64,000 nt of DNA, taken from a virus (Duplodnaviria; Caudoviricetes). A model generated the notes under the pieces. That model saw only the letters and a program-made list of their open reading frames with translations. It made no database searches and was not told the origin of the DNA. A program made the position numbers and the translations under genes. Below, piece by piece: positions 56,099 to 64,000 of this stretch. The stretch lies in IMG/VR virus record IMGVR_UViG_3300037010_001838; one strand, 5' to 3'. The stretch's first letter is position 1. Each line of letters opens with the position of its first letter.

Positions 56099-56359
56099 AT
56101 GTTGAAAGTAGCTTTTTTACAAACATGGAAACGTCACAGCTTTGAATTCGTTTTATTAATGATAATATCTGTCCTTTCTTTGAAATTCATTTTCTTGGAA
56201 ATTGACTGTACTAAAGGAATTACTACAGCGGAATTGTTGATAGCAGGGTTTTTTTGGTTAGTAACTGTATTATATCCCATATTGTCGTTTTTAACTTTTT
56301 ATTTTCAAGCTAAAATAGATCGATTACAAGAGGAGATTGACGAAAATGGCAAAGTTTGA
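56099..56359 (+). CDS. small membrane protein
   Basis: Two hydrophobic segments. Confidence 0.6.
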   Translation: MLKVAFLQTWKRHSFEFVLLMIISVLSLKFIFLEIDCTKGITTAELLIAGFFWLVTVLYPILSFLTFYFQAKIDRLQEEIDENGKV

Positions 56360-57218
56360 GTGGAGTGAAGTTTTTACTTCAATAGAAGGTGAAGGACCTT
56401 ATGCTGGTGTACCAACAGCATATATCCGATTCACAAAGTGCAACTTTATGTGTAAAGGTTTTAATAATCCAACCCACATAGATACCGAAACAAACATAGG
56501 GTTAGGATTTGACCCCACGAAATTTAAAACATTAAAAGAACTACCACCAATTACTCTTGGGTGTGATAGCATTTATGCTTGGGACAATCGTTTTGCTCAT
56601 TTGTGGCAGTCTGGAAATGAGGAACAATTAATTGATGCTGTATTAGATACTATTCCCCACAAATCTTGGGTTCATCCTGTAACTGGACAACCAGTCATCT
56701 TGAGTTTAACAGGTGGAGAACCAACTCTCCGTCAAAAACAACTTTCTGCTTTGTTAAATCATCCAAAGATGGACGATTGTAAACATCTATTAATTGAAAC
56801 AAATTGTTCAGTTCCTATACGTGATGATTTCATTAATTTACTAAATTCGTGGTGGAAACCTGGACGAAAGATCACATTTGCCAATTCACCAAAACTCCGG
56901 GCAAGTGGAGAAAAATGGGAAGATGCGATTAAACCAGAGGTCGCGTTAGCGCAACAAAGAGTAAAGCGTGCTGAACAATATTTTAAATTTGTGTGTGATG
57001 CAAATGCAGAAGATTTTGATGAAGTTGAACGAGCGATGAAAGTTTATTGGGATGCTGGTGTTGTTCAACTAAATAATGTTCTAATTATGCCAACCGCGTG
57101 TACTGAAGAGCAACAAACAAACATAGCGGCGACTGTTGCTAATATGTGTATTGAAAAAGGGTATACATTCTGTTATAGAGTGCATGTTCCTGTATTTAAG
57201 AACGCAATTGGAACTTAA
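56346..57218 (+). CDS. queE: 7-carboxy-7-deazaguanine synthase (radical SAM)
   Basis: EVFTSIEGEG..AGVPTAYIRFTKCNFMC...CDS, LTGGEP, IETNC, SPKL. Confidence 0.85.
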   Translation: MAKFEWSEVFTSIEGEGPYAGVPTAYIRFTKCNFMCKGFNNPTHIDTETNIGLGFDPTKFKTLKELPPITLGCDSIYAWDNRFAHLWQSGNEEQLIDAVLDTIPHKSWVHPVTGQPVILSLTGGEPTLRQKQLSALLNHPKMDDCKHLLIETNCSVPIRDDFINLLNSWWKPGRKITFANSPKLRASGEKWEDAIKPEVALAQQRVKRAEQYFKFVCDANAEDFDEVERAMKVYWDAGVVQLNNVLIMPTACTEEQQTNIAATVANMCIEKGYTFCYRVHVPVFKNAIGT

Positions 57219-57331
57219 ATGAGTGACTTATATGAAGTGTCCTGATACTAACCATCAGGCTTCCTTCTGTAGTATTGATTTATGTTGGTATTGATATTTT
57301 ACGAAACAACTCACACAAATATAGGTGAAAT

Positions 57332-58294
57332 GTGTCTCTTTCAAATGTTAAGATTTTCGCTGGAAATTCAAATATTGAATTCGCCACAAAGATAGCAAGT
57401 AGGATGGGGTTAGCACTCGGTAAGGCTAAAGTAAGTAAGTTCAAAGACGGTGAAACATCTGTTGAAATTGAAGAGTCGGTTAGAGGAAGTGTTGTATTTG
57501 TTATTCAGTCAACGTGCAATCCTGTTAACGACAATTTAATGGAATTATTGACAATGACAGACGCATTAAGAAGAGCTGCTGCAAAACGCATTATTGCAGT
57601 TGTTCCTTATTATGGATATTCCAGACAAGATAGGCGTCCAGGATTTAGCCGTGGACCAATTACTTCCCGTCTTGTAGCAGATGTGATTCAAGCAGCTGGT
57701 ATTGACCATTTAGTATCGGTTGATATTCATTCTCTTCAACAACAAGGGTTTTTTACGATTCCCTTTACTAACATTTCCGCTTCCGTTGAATTCATTAAAG
57801 ATATCAGAATGATGTATCGTAAAGAAAAAGAAGAAAAAACACTTATGGTTGTTTCTCCTGATATCGGTGGAGTATTACGTTCTAGACAAATTGCAGAACA
57901 GTTAAACGGTGACACTCAATTAGCTATTGTGGATAAACGTCGCCCACGAGCTGGTGAATCAGAAGTTATGAACATCATCGGTGACGTAGAGGGAAAAGTT
58001 TGTATTATGGTTGATGATATTGTAGATACAGCTGGAACTTTATGTAAGGCTGCGAAATCTTTAAAGGACCATGGTGCTCTTAAAGTTGTTGCTTATGCCA
58101 CTCACCCTGTATTATCAGATAATGCTTACGAGAATTTAACTCATTCAGTGTTAGACGAATTAGTAGTAACAGATACAATTCCACTAATAGGCAATGTTCC
58201 AAATAACATCAGACAATTATCAATTAGTGATTTGGTTGCAGAAACTATACGAAGAATGAGGTCCAAGCAGTCTGTTAGTCAAATATATGTTTAA
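57332..58294 (+). CDS. prs: ribose-phosphate pyrophosphokinase
   Basis: FKDGETSVEI, YGYSRQDRR, DIHS, VSPDIGGV, VDDIVDTAGTL, THPVLS. Confidence 0.96.
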   Translation: MSLSNVKIFAGNSNIEFATKIASRMGLALGKAKVSKFKDGETSVEIEESVRGSVVFVIQSTCNPVNDNLMELLTMTDALRRAAAKRIIAVVPYYGYSRQDRRPGFSRGPITSRLVADVIQAAGIDHLVSVDIHSLQQQGFFTIPFTNISASVEFIKDIRMMYRKEKEEKTLMVVSPDIGGVLRSRQIAEQLNGDTQLAIVDKRRPRAGESEVMNIIGDVEGKVCIMVDDIVDTAGTLCKAAKSLKDHGALKVVAYATHPVLSDNAYENLTHSVLDELVVTDTIPLIGNVPNNIRQLSISDLVAETIRRMRSKQSVSQIYV

Positions 58295-58346
58295 AATATT
58301 TTAAAATTGCTGTATAGTTCTACAACAATTAAATTGGAGAAAAAAA

Positions 58347-59309
58347 ATGATAACACAAATCCCAGATAGTTTCAAAGAACCAGAATCATCAACAATGTTT
58401 CTCAGCAATTTAACCGTTGTTGATCACGCCTATATTGATAACGAAGGCTGTGTTAAAGGTGGGTCTTTCAATCCCAGTTTTATCGTATCTGGTCGTCCTG
58501 ACCCAACAGAAAAAGTCGTTGTAGACTTTTCCACTATTAAAAAAGATATTAAAACTGCTATTGATAAACACGAATTTGATATACACAAAAATGGTTTTGA
58601 TCATAAATTGTGGATAATTGAAGGATATTCGAACGTTGTCTCTATTGATGATAGTTCCGACGATGTTGTTACAATTGTAACACCAAATATGACTTTAATT
58701 TTGGCAAAAGACGCTGTTCGAGTCATAGAACAAGAAATGAACACAAATTCAGAATACAGTGTCTACTATATTGGTGATGCTTTTCAACGACACGTTCAAA
58801 CATATCTACAAACAAAGTATCCAGATATTAATGTAAAGGTTCAATGTTTTAATAATGTGGATGAACATTTAATTGACATTATGGTTGCTACAGCCACATT
58901 TCACTACGTTCACGGATTAAAAGATTCAACATCGTTTGGTTGTCAAAACATTGCTCATGGTCATCGTTCGTTTATCCATACCGATAACGTAAGTTATAAT
59001 AGTTTGGTATATGATGAATTGTGTGAAATTGCTAAAGAGTTGGACGACACAGTGTTTGTTCGTAAAGATAACGTATTATCAATTACACCCAACGAAATAG
59101 TGATTGGTTATTCAACCGAACAGCGTGGACGTTTCAAAATGACACTGAACACTGATTATCATAAAGTTGTAGTTCTTCCTACTGAAACAACCGTTGAGTT
59201 TTTAGCTGCGTATATTAAGCAATATTATAGTACGAAATTGAAAGTCCTTGGAGCACGAGAAATTTATGTTAGCGAAGGACTTTCCAAAGGTGCTGTTGAA
59301 CATCTATAA
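58347..59309 (+). CDS. queD: 6-carboxytetrahydropterin synthase-like (two-domain QueD type)
   Basis: LTVVDHAY, VDFSTIKK.IK..ID...FDHKL, HGLK...GCQNIAHGHRS, ETTVE, EGLSKGA; adjacent to queE. Confidence 0.7.
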   Translation: MITQIPDSFKEPESSTMFLSNLTVVDHAYIDNEGCVKGGSFNPSFIVSGRPDPTEKVVVDFSTIKKDIKTAIDKHEFDIHKNGFDHKLWIIEGYSNVVSIDDSSDDVVTIVTPNMTLILAKDAVRVIEQEMNTNSEYSVYYIGDAFQRHVQTYLQTKYPDINVKVQCFNNVDEHLIDIMVATATFHYVHGLKDSTSFGCQNIAHGHRSFIHTDNVSYNSLVYDELCEIAKELDDTVFVRKDNVLSITPNEIVIGYSTEQRGRFKMTLNTDYHKVVVLPTETTVEFLAAYIKQYYSTKLKVLGAREIYVSEGLSKGAVEHL

Positions 59310-59490
59310 TTATGACAGTTAAAATCTTCAAATATCTAATGTATTTGATGGTTTGTGAAGTGATCGTATGGAATTCTTAAAACTACTACTTCTCATATTT
59401 GAAACTGAAGGAATGGTAATTGTGGTATTTCTATTATTTATGTGGTTAGTTGCACCCAAATTAAGGTTTGAGAAAGACGAAGAAAGTTAA

Positions 59491-59682
59491 ATGCCTCTTT
59501 ATACTTATCAATGTTCATCGTGTCATTCGAAAGAAGATGTGCTCGAAAAAGTCCAAGAATCCAATGAACCAAAAATTTGTCCATCTTGTGGAAAACCAAC
59601 GTTTTTGAGAATTATCTCACAAGGAATACCCTTTCATCTAAAAGGTGAAGGGTATTACGAAACTGACTTTAAAAACAAGTAG
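59491..59682 (+). CDS. FmdB-family zinc ribbon protein
   Basis: MPLYTYQCSSC...CPSCG...FHLKGEGYYETDF. Confidence 0.85.
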   Translation: MPLYTYQCSSCHSKEDVLEKVQESNEPKICPSCGKPTFLRIISQGIPFHLKGEGYYETDFKNK

Positions 59683-59699
59683 TCAATCGCGTTCTTTGT
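59601..59699 (+). repeat. 99-bp perfect direct repeat, copy 1
   Basis: Identical to 60990-61088. Confidence 0.95.
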
Positions 59700-59869
59700 T
59701 CAATGGCTTCGGAGATGAACGTGATCAACTCCGTATACTCTGTCGGATCATACACCATTACTACCGTTGTTTTTAGTGGGCTGGTTTGTCTAAAATAGTC
59801 GTCCACCACCACATCAAACAATTGATTGTCAACATAATCAATTGTCCAAGTGGTTTCCCCAAATAGCAA
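59669..59869 (-). CDS. hypothetical protein (insert cassette)
   Basis: 66-aa ORF ending inside the repeat. Confidence 0.4.
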   Translation of the reverse strand: MLFGETTWTIDYVDNQLFDVVVDDYFRQTSPLKTTVVMVYDPTEYTELITFISEAIEQRTRLTTCF

Positions 59870-59880
59870 ATACTGCGGTA

Positions 59881-60051
59881 CTATTCTGTGGGTGACTTAA
59901 TTTTGATTCTGTATTTTGAGTGAGGTGATCCTGTAGGCTCGGTTCTCACCCAGAGAACAGTTCCTGGTGGGAGGCCTGTATTGTGGGAGGAAAAGTTTAA
60001 CATCTCATACAGAGATGGTTCAAAGTATTCATTCAATTCTGTTAATTTCAT
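59881..60051 (-). CDS. hypothetical protein with MKLTELNE N-terminus
   Basis: ATG at 60051 within 60087 frame. Confidence 0.5.
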   Translation of the reverse strand: MKLTELNEYFEPSLYEMLNFSSHNTGLPPGTVLWVRTEPTGSPHSKYRIKIKSPTE

Positions 60052-60083
60052 GTGGTCATTATACCACCAACTGATGACGAAAG

Positions 60084-60374
60084 TCAACCACCTTCTCTGA
60101 TCTTACGAATTGCTTCGTCTCGGTCAGATGATTCTTTCTTCATCTGGTATGCAGCTTCTGTGCAATCGTCAACGCTGACCATACCCGTTGCAATCGCAAC
60201 CACGCACAGTGCCCGGATTTCATCTGAGTGCAGCGAAATGTGTTTTTGATCGTCAAAGTTGAATGTCAATCCTTCACCGTTCCACCATTCAGAAAAGTGA
60301 ACGCTAACGGGGACGAGGCTTGTGTCATCTTCGAACAATCCGGAGATCGTGTTATATCGTATGTCTTTTGTCAT
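60084..60374 (-). CDS. hypothetical protein
   Basis: ATGA overlap; FSEWWNGEG motif. Confidence 0.6.
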   Translation of the reverse strand: MTKDIRYNTISGLFEDDTSLVPVSVHFSEWWNGEGLTFNFDDQKHISLHSDEIRALCVVAIATGMVSVDDCTEAAYQMKKESSDRDEAIRKIREGG

Positions 60375-60616
60375 TCAGTTGAATCCCGATCGTCTGTTAC
60401 GTGTGCCTTCAACTGTTTAAGAATTTTATTGATAGCTTGTTGGTCGTGCACTCTGCACGACGTTATGATGGTTGGGTGAAATACTCTACCCGAATCACTT
60501 TCTTCTGTCATATCAAGGTAGTAGAAGAATTCTTTCACCAATTGCTTTAATGTGTCCTGACCAGTCGCTGTTACTTCAGCAAGGTCTGTTAGCGTTTTAT
60601 CAGTGTACATATTCAT
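60371..60616 (-). CDS. hypothetical protein
   Basis: LVKEFFYYLD..EESDSGRVFHP motif recalled from phage hypotheticals. Confidence 0.6.
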   Translation of the reverse strand: MNMYTDKTLTDLAEVTATGQDTLKQLVKEFFYYLDMTEESDSGRVFHPTIITSCRVHDQQAINKILKQLKAHVTDDRDSTE

Positions 60617-60989
60617 TTAGAATTCAATTTCAAGTGCGTTTGCAAACACGTTGGCATCTGCAATTGCGCGTGTAGAAAGGTGTTGAAGTTTGATCACAAA
60701 TACTCCAGATAAAATAACAGGATGAAGCAATCATCTCACATTCACCCCATAAAGTCAACAATCACTTTTTCAACGGTAAAAACACAACGGTAAAGGATGT
60801 ATTCCAGAGTATGGTTTTGTTCCTGATGCTTTTTCCACTCATCGTGAAACTTCCACTCAAGAGGTTCACGCGATAAGCGGTGGACGTTCTTACCGTCGTG
60901 CGCCATTACTCTGTAACCTCTTCTTCTGTGAACAGTACCCAAGTTCCTGGTGCGTATGCAACAGCAACCAGGCCAGATTCCATCAAAAT

Positions 60990-61088
60990 GTTTTTGAGAA
61001 TTATCTCACAAGGAATACCCTTTCATCTAAAAGGTGAAGGGTATTACGAAACTGACTTTAAAAACAAGTAGTCAATCGCGTTCTTTGT
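60990..61088 (+). repeat. 99-bp perfect direct repeat, copy 2
   Basis: Identical to 59601-59699. Confidence 0.95.
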
Positions 61089-61608
61089 AAAATGTAAGGT
61101 GCTTTGTTTTTAACACTTCAACAAAACTTGGAGATACTGCCCAAGAAGGTGTAACTCGTTCATCGTGAAAATGTGTAGCACCGTGTGTTATATCTGTACG
61201 TTGTTGAATTACAAATGCGTGCATAATACTTGCAGCAATTTCTTGAGCACTGGCCCATTTATCAGATTCCGTGTTTATGTCTTTATCCCCCTCACATTGA
61301 TATGAGAATTGACACACGTGCTTTCCGGACCGAGTTTTGGTTGTTTGATGTGTAACTGCACACACTGTTTTAGGATAGTCTGAATCTATTACACGATTTA
61401 TTACTACGTTTGCAACAGCAAGTTGTGATTTTTTATAATCTGCAGCTTCAAAATATATTGTTTCAGCTAAACAGTATCGTTGTTTGTCAATAGAGCTTTT
61501 ATTTGTATCAATAAGTTGTTGTAAATTGTTCTGTTTTTCTTGGTATTCAGAACCCGCGTAAACTGTAGATGTAACTAACAAAAAAATGGACAATAGTATC
61601 CCTCTCAT
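61072..61608 (-). CDS. cell wall hydrolase (SleB / Hydrolase_2)
   Basis: CLAETIYFEA, AVANVVINRV, YP.TVC.V, CQFSY.C, GATHFH. Confidence 0.9.
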   Translation of the reverse strand: MRGILLSIFLLVTSTVYAGSEYQEKQNNLQQLIDTNKSSIDKQRYCLAETIYFEAADYKKSQLAVANVVINRVIDSDYPKTVCAVTHQTTKTRSGKHVCQFSYQCEGDKDINTESDKWASAQEIAASIMHAFVIQQRTDITHGATHFHDERVTPSWAVSPSFVEVLKTKHLTFYKERD

Positions 61609-61800
61609 GTTTTCTCCTTAATTAAGAAAATGTATCATCACAAAATCTGATGATGAGAAGGGGCTTGTTGGAGCCCTCTGTTGAAGTATATGGTAATTAT
61701 ATTTTATATTTTATATTTATACAACTAATAAATATGTTGACTTTCATTGGGGAATGTGTATGATTCACTCACTCGAATTAAGATTTAATAAGGAAAATGT

Positions 61801-62106
61801 ATGACGACAAACACAGAAGTATATGATGAAGCTGAATTGGCTGAATTTACAGAACGAGCAGAACGCGAGTCTGGTGTAAATGAAATTCGATCAAAGGTGT
61901 TCCAGGGAACGAAAGAAGAAGCAGCAAAATTGGCCGACCCAAACAAATTATGTCAAGACTGTGAATTACCAATTCCTGTTGAACGACAGTTGGCATATCC
62001 AACAGCAAAATTTTGCATTGATTGCCAAGAGTGGCACGATGCAACAGAAGAACGCAAACGTCGTATGACTGGAACTGGATTTAATGTTTTGGGAGTATTC
62101 GGATGA
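61801..62106 (+). CDS. TraR/DksA C4-type zinc finger protein
   Basis: CQDC..PIPVERQLAYP.AKFCIDCQ; N-terminal DEAELA. Confidence 0.85.
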   Translation: MTTNTEVYDEAELAEFTERAERESGVNEIRSKVFQGTKEEAAKLADPNKLCQDCELPIPVERQLAYPTAKFCIDCQEWHDATEERKRRMTGTGFNVLGVFG

Positions 62107-62366
62107 GTTGTCATTGGAATCATCGATTGGTTCAGTGTGAAAGTGGTGGTGAAGTTTACTTTGAAATTCGTGAAGTATACTACAACAATGCTGGAAATGT
62201 TACAGCAATGACCGAAGACGCTATCGGAGTTGGAGGATACAGTGTTGAAGAAATTCTTGTGACTCTAGAACGAATGAAAGTTGCGTGTTCTAAAGAAGTC
62301 ATTATTGAAAAAGATTTTGTATACGATAAGTGGGATGATGAATTTGAACACGGAGATGATGATTAA
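62103..62366 (+). CDS. conserved phage hypothetical protein
   Basis: WNHRLV...EIREVYY motif. Confidence 0.7.
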   Translation: MSCHWNHRLVQCESGGEVYFEIREVYYNNAGNVTAMTEDAIGVGGYSVEEILVTLERMKVACSKEVIIEKDFVYDKWDDEFEHGDDD

Positions 62367-62426
62367 GACAGCAACGTATCCGACTCAAACTCCTGACACA
62401 ATAAAGCATGTTCTGCTATTAATGAG

Positions 62427-62849
62427 TTGAAAGTTAAACTAAACAATGAGGGAGGACCAGATGAGTTTTGGAACGAATTTTTAGTATCTCTGTCAACAGC
62501 ATCCATGTTTGTTGCTAACAATCTTGAACGGAGATATATGGAGATAACTGAAACTGAACGTCAGATTTTATTGAGAGGTCTTCTCTATTCCATAAAAATG
62601 AGTAATAATTTGATTAAAACTCATAAAGACATAGCGCTGTGGATTGCGTTAGAAGATTTTATCGGAGATAAAGATTTCTCTTTCCGAATAGCTCTAACAG
62701 TGCCGAATGCTTGTGAATATTCAAGAGACGCATCAGGAATTCTCCATTTATATTCTGAAGATAGTGCGCACCGTTTGTTAACAAGGAAAAGAATGTCTTT
62801 TTATGTTCAAGGACGAAGAAGTGAATTTCTTAAAAGGGATGTAATATGA
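62427..62849 (+). CDS. hypothetical protein
   Basis: 140-aa ORF. Confidence 0.55.
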   Translation: MKVKLNNEGGPDEFWNEFLVSLSTASMFVANNLERRYMEITETERQILLRGLLYSIKMSNNLIKTHKDIALWIALEDFIGDKDFSFRIALTVPNACEYSRDASGILHLYSEDSAHRLLTRKRMSFYVQGRRSEFLKRDVI

Positions 62850-62993
62850 GCTGCCCAATGTGCGACGATGGTCATTTTCCAAACAAAGTAATGATTCCTG
62901 TAAAAGACAAAAAGACAGGCGAGTGAATTTGGTTGAGTGTGAAATCAGAAACTTATTCTAAATTAGAAAAATCAATTCAAGAAATATATAAAA

Positions 62994-63296
62994 ATGGCAG
63001 AAAATGATTTATGTCCATTGTGTGGAAGAACACTGGGTGACATTAATGTGGATTTCCACCATTTAATTCCAAAGACGTTTAAAGGGAAAGATGGAGTTAT
63101 GCTCCACCGTGTTTGCCATAGATATATCCACGCCACATTCAGTGAACGTGAATTGGCTAATTATTATCACACGATTGAACGTTTATTGGAGTATGAAAAC
63201 ATCCAAAAGTTTGTTAAGTGGATTACAAAAAAACCACCTGAATATTATGTAAGTGCTAATGAAAGCATTGAACGAAAAAAGAAAAGAAAAAGATAA
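62994..63296 (+). CDS. HNH endonuclease
   Basis: CPLCGR...HHLIPK...LHRVCHRYIH. Confidence 0.85.
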   Translation: MAENDLCPLCGRTLGDINVDFHHLIPKTFKGKDGVMLHRVCHRYIHATFSERELANYYHTIERLLEYENIQKFVKWITKKPPEYYVSANESIERKKKRKR

Positions 63297-63400
63297 ATCG
63301 TTAGTTTAAAAATACTATATCTTTTAAGGAGACATAAGATGTCAACGACGTATATGATGCTCCAAGCACCAGATGTGTTCTTGAGATTGATAAATAAATG

Positions 63401-63429
63401 TTGACTTTTATAAATAAGTCATATATACT
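63401..63429 (+). promoter_or_regulatory. tRNA-operon promoter 3
   Basis: Identical 29 nt to 27290 and 50045; further shares TGTATCAACAGTTGAGCAAAGTGCT with copy 2. Confidence 0.9.
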
Positions 63430-63587
63430 TGTATCAACAGTTGAGCAAAGTGCTTAACTAAATAGTTAGGTGTTGAAAGCTAGGACGTCCCGGTACTAAC
63501 AAAACATAGAAATATGTGGGTGCGTAGAAGCGTATATTAAGCAGACGATAAAGTAGTAAACACCATTTAATTTAAGGAGCTTTACAA

Positions 63588-63683
63588 ATGTTCGTAACCA
63601 GACAACAACAGAGTATTAGTATCATTCGCCGACGCCAAGTGCGTCGCGACAGTGATATTATTATGTCTGGAGGCTGGGTATAG
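63588..63683 (+). CDS. leader (attenuator) peptide 3, MFVTRQQQSISIIRRRQVRRDSDIIMSGGWV
   Basis: AAGGAG SD; 31 codons; codons 5-25 are only Arg/Gln/Ser/Ile/Val/Asp. Confidence 0.8.
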   Translation: MFVTRQQQSISIIRRRQVRRDSDIIMSGGWV

Positions 63684-63705
63684 CATAAAGCTAAATTCTT
63701 AAAAA

Positions 63706-63744
63706 GAAAAACCCAGTTTCCAAAAGAGACTGGGTTTTTCGTTT
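63706..63744 (+). terminator. attenuator terminator 3
   Basis: GAAAAACCCAGTTTC/GAGACTGGGTTTTTC; 5' arm also pairs with TGGAGGCTGGGT (63668-63679). Confidence 0.9.
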
Positions 63745-63747
63745 TAC

Positions 63748-63767
63748 AACTGTTCATTAAAAATTTG
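63748..63767 (+). promoter_or_regulatory. boxA-like site 3
   Basis: AACTGTTCATTAAAAATTTG. Confidence 0.65.
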
Positions 63768-63776
63768 AAAATATAT

Positions 63777-63849
63777 TGGGAAGAAGCCGATTGGTCGAGG
63801 CGGTGCGTTCTGAGCGCATTCGTATAGAGTTCGATTCTCTACTTCCTAG
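63777..63849 (+). tRNA. tRNA-Gln(CTG)
   Basis: TGGGAAG/CTTCCTA-G; GTGCG-TTCTGAG-CGCAT. Confidence 0.85.
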
Positions 63850-63857
63850 CCTTTAAT

Positions 63858-63931
63858 TGGCCCGTGGTGTAGCGGTAGCACAGAAGATTTTGAATCTTCT
63901 AGTCCAAGTTCAACTCTTGGTGGGCTTGCCA
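63858..63931 (+). tRNA. tRNA-Gln(TTG)
   Basis: GAAGA-TTTTGAA-TCTTC; G73 CCA. Confidence 0.88.
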
Positions 63932-63944
63932 TTTGAAGTATAAT

Positions 63945-64000
63945 ACCGTCGTAGCTCTCGGGGAGAGCATCTCACTGTCTATGAGATTCAGGTGGGTTCG
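63945..64000 (+). tRNA. tRNA-Asp(GTC), truncated by window end
   Basis: GCTC/GAGC D-arm; TCTCA-CTGTCTA-TGAGA; start of T-arm GTGGGTTCG. Confidence 0.8.

Noticed and set aside
60880-61071. Second FmdB-like gene
   Set aside because: Only the duplicated 99-bp 3' end fused to unrelated sequence; it lacks the CxxC zinc motifs.
1-64000. Genome-wide TAG reassignment implied by the CTA tRNA
   Set aside because: Long recognisable genes (helicase, guaC, prs, queE, tail) are uninterrupted under code 11 and some genes end in TAG.

Overview
64-kb segment of a large (jumbo-type) dsDNA bacteriophage genome, probably infecting a proteobacterium (sigma70-type promoters, boxA-like sites, TorF-type porin, DksA/TraR, QueD/QueE, Prs). 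Positions 1-9.5 kb hold early-type small genes plus an HNH nuclease and an SF2 helicase. 9.5-11.7 kb is a repeat-rich non-coding region (candidate origin or genome end). The rest mixes accessory and metabolic genes (intein-containing GMP reductase, amidinotransferase, NUDIX, metallophosphoesterase, CYTH, YqeY, DUF2828 vWA, glycosyltransferases), tail genes, about 40 tRNA or tRNA-like genes and several large structured ncRNAs, including a GOLLD-like RNA of about 880 nt. Main discovery: each of three tRNA operons (starting 27.5, 50.3 and 63.8 kb) is preceded by an identical promoter, a 31-32 codon leader peptide, mutually exclusive antiterminator/terminator hairpins and a boxA-like site. The leader codons match the amino acids, and largely the isoacceptors, of the downstream tRNAs. 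This looks like ribosome-mediated attenuation that switches on phage tRNA supply only when those tRNAs become limiting. All calls were made by eye from the sequence; no database searches or folding programs were run.
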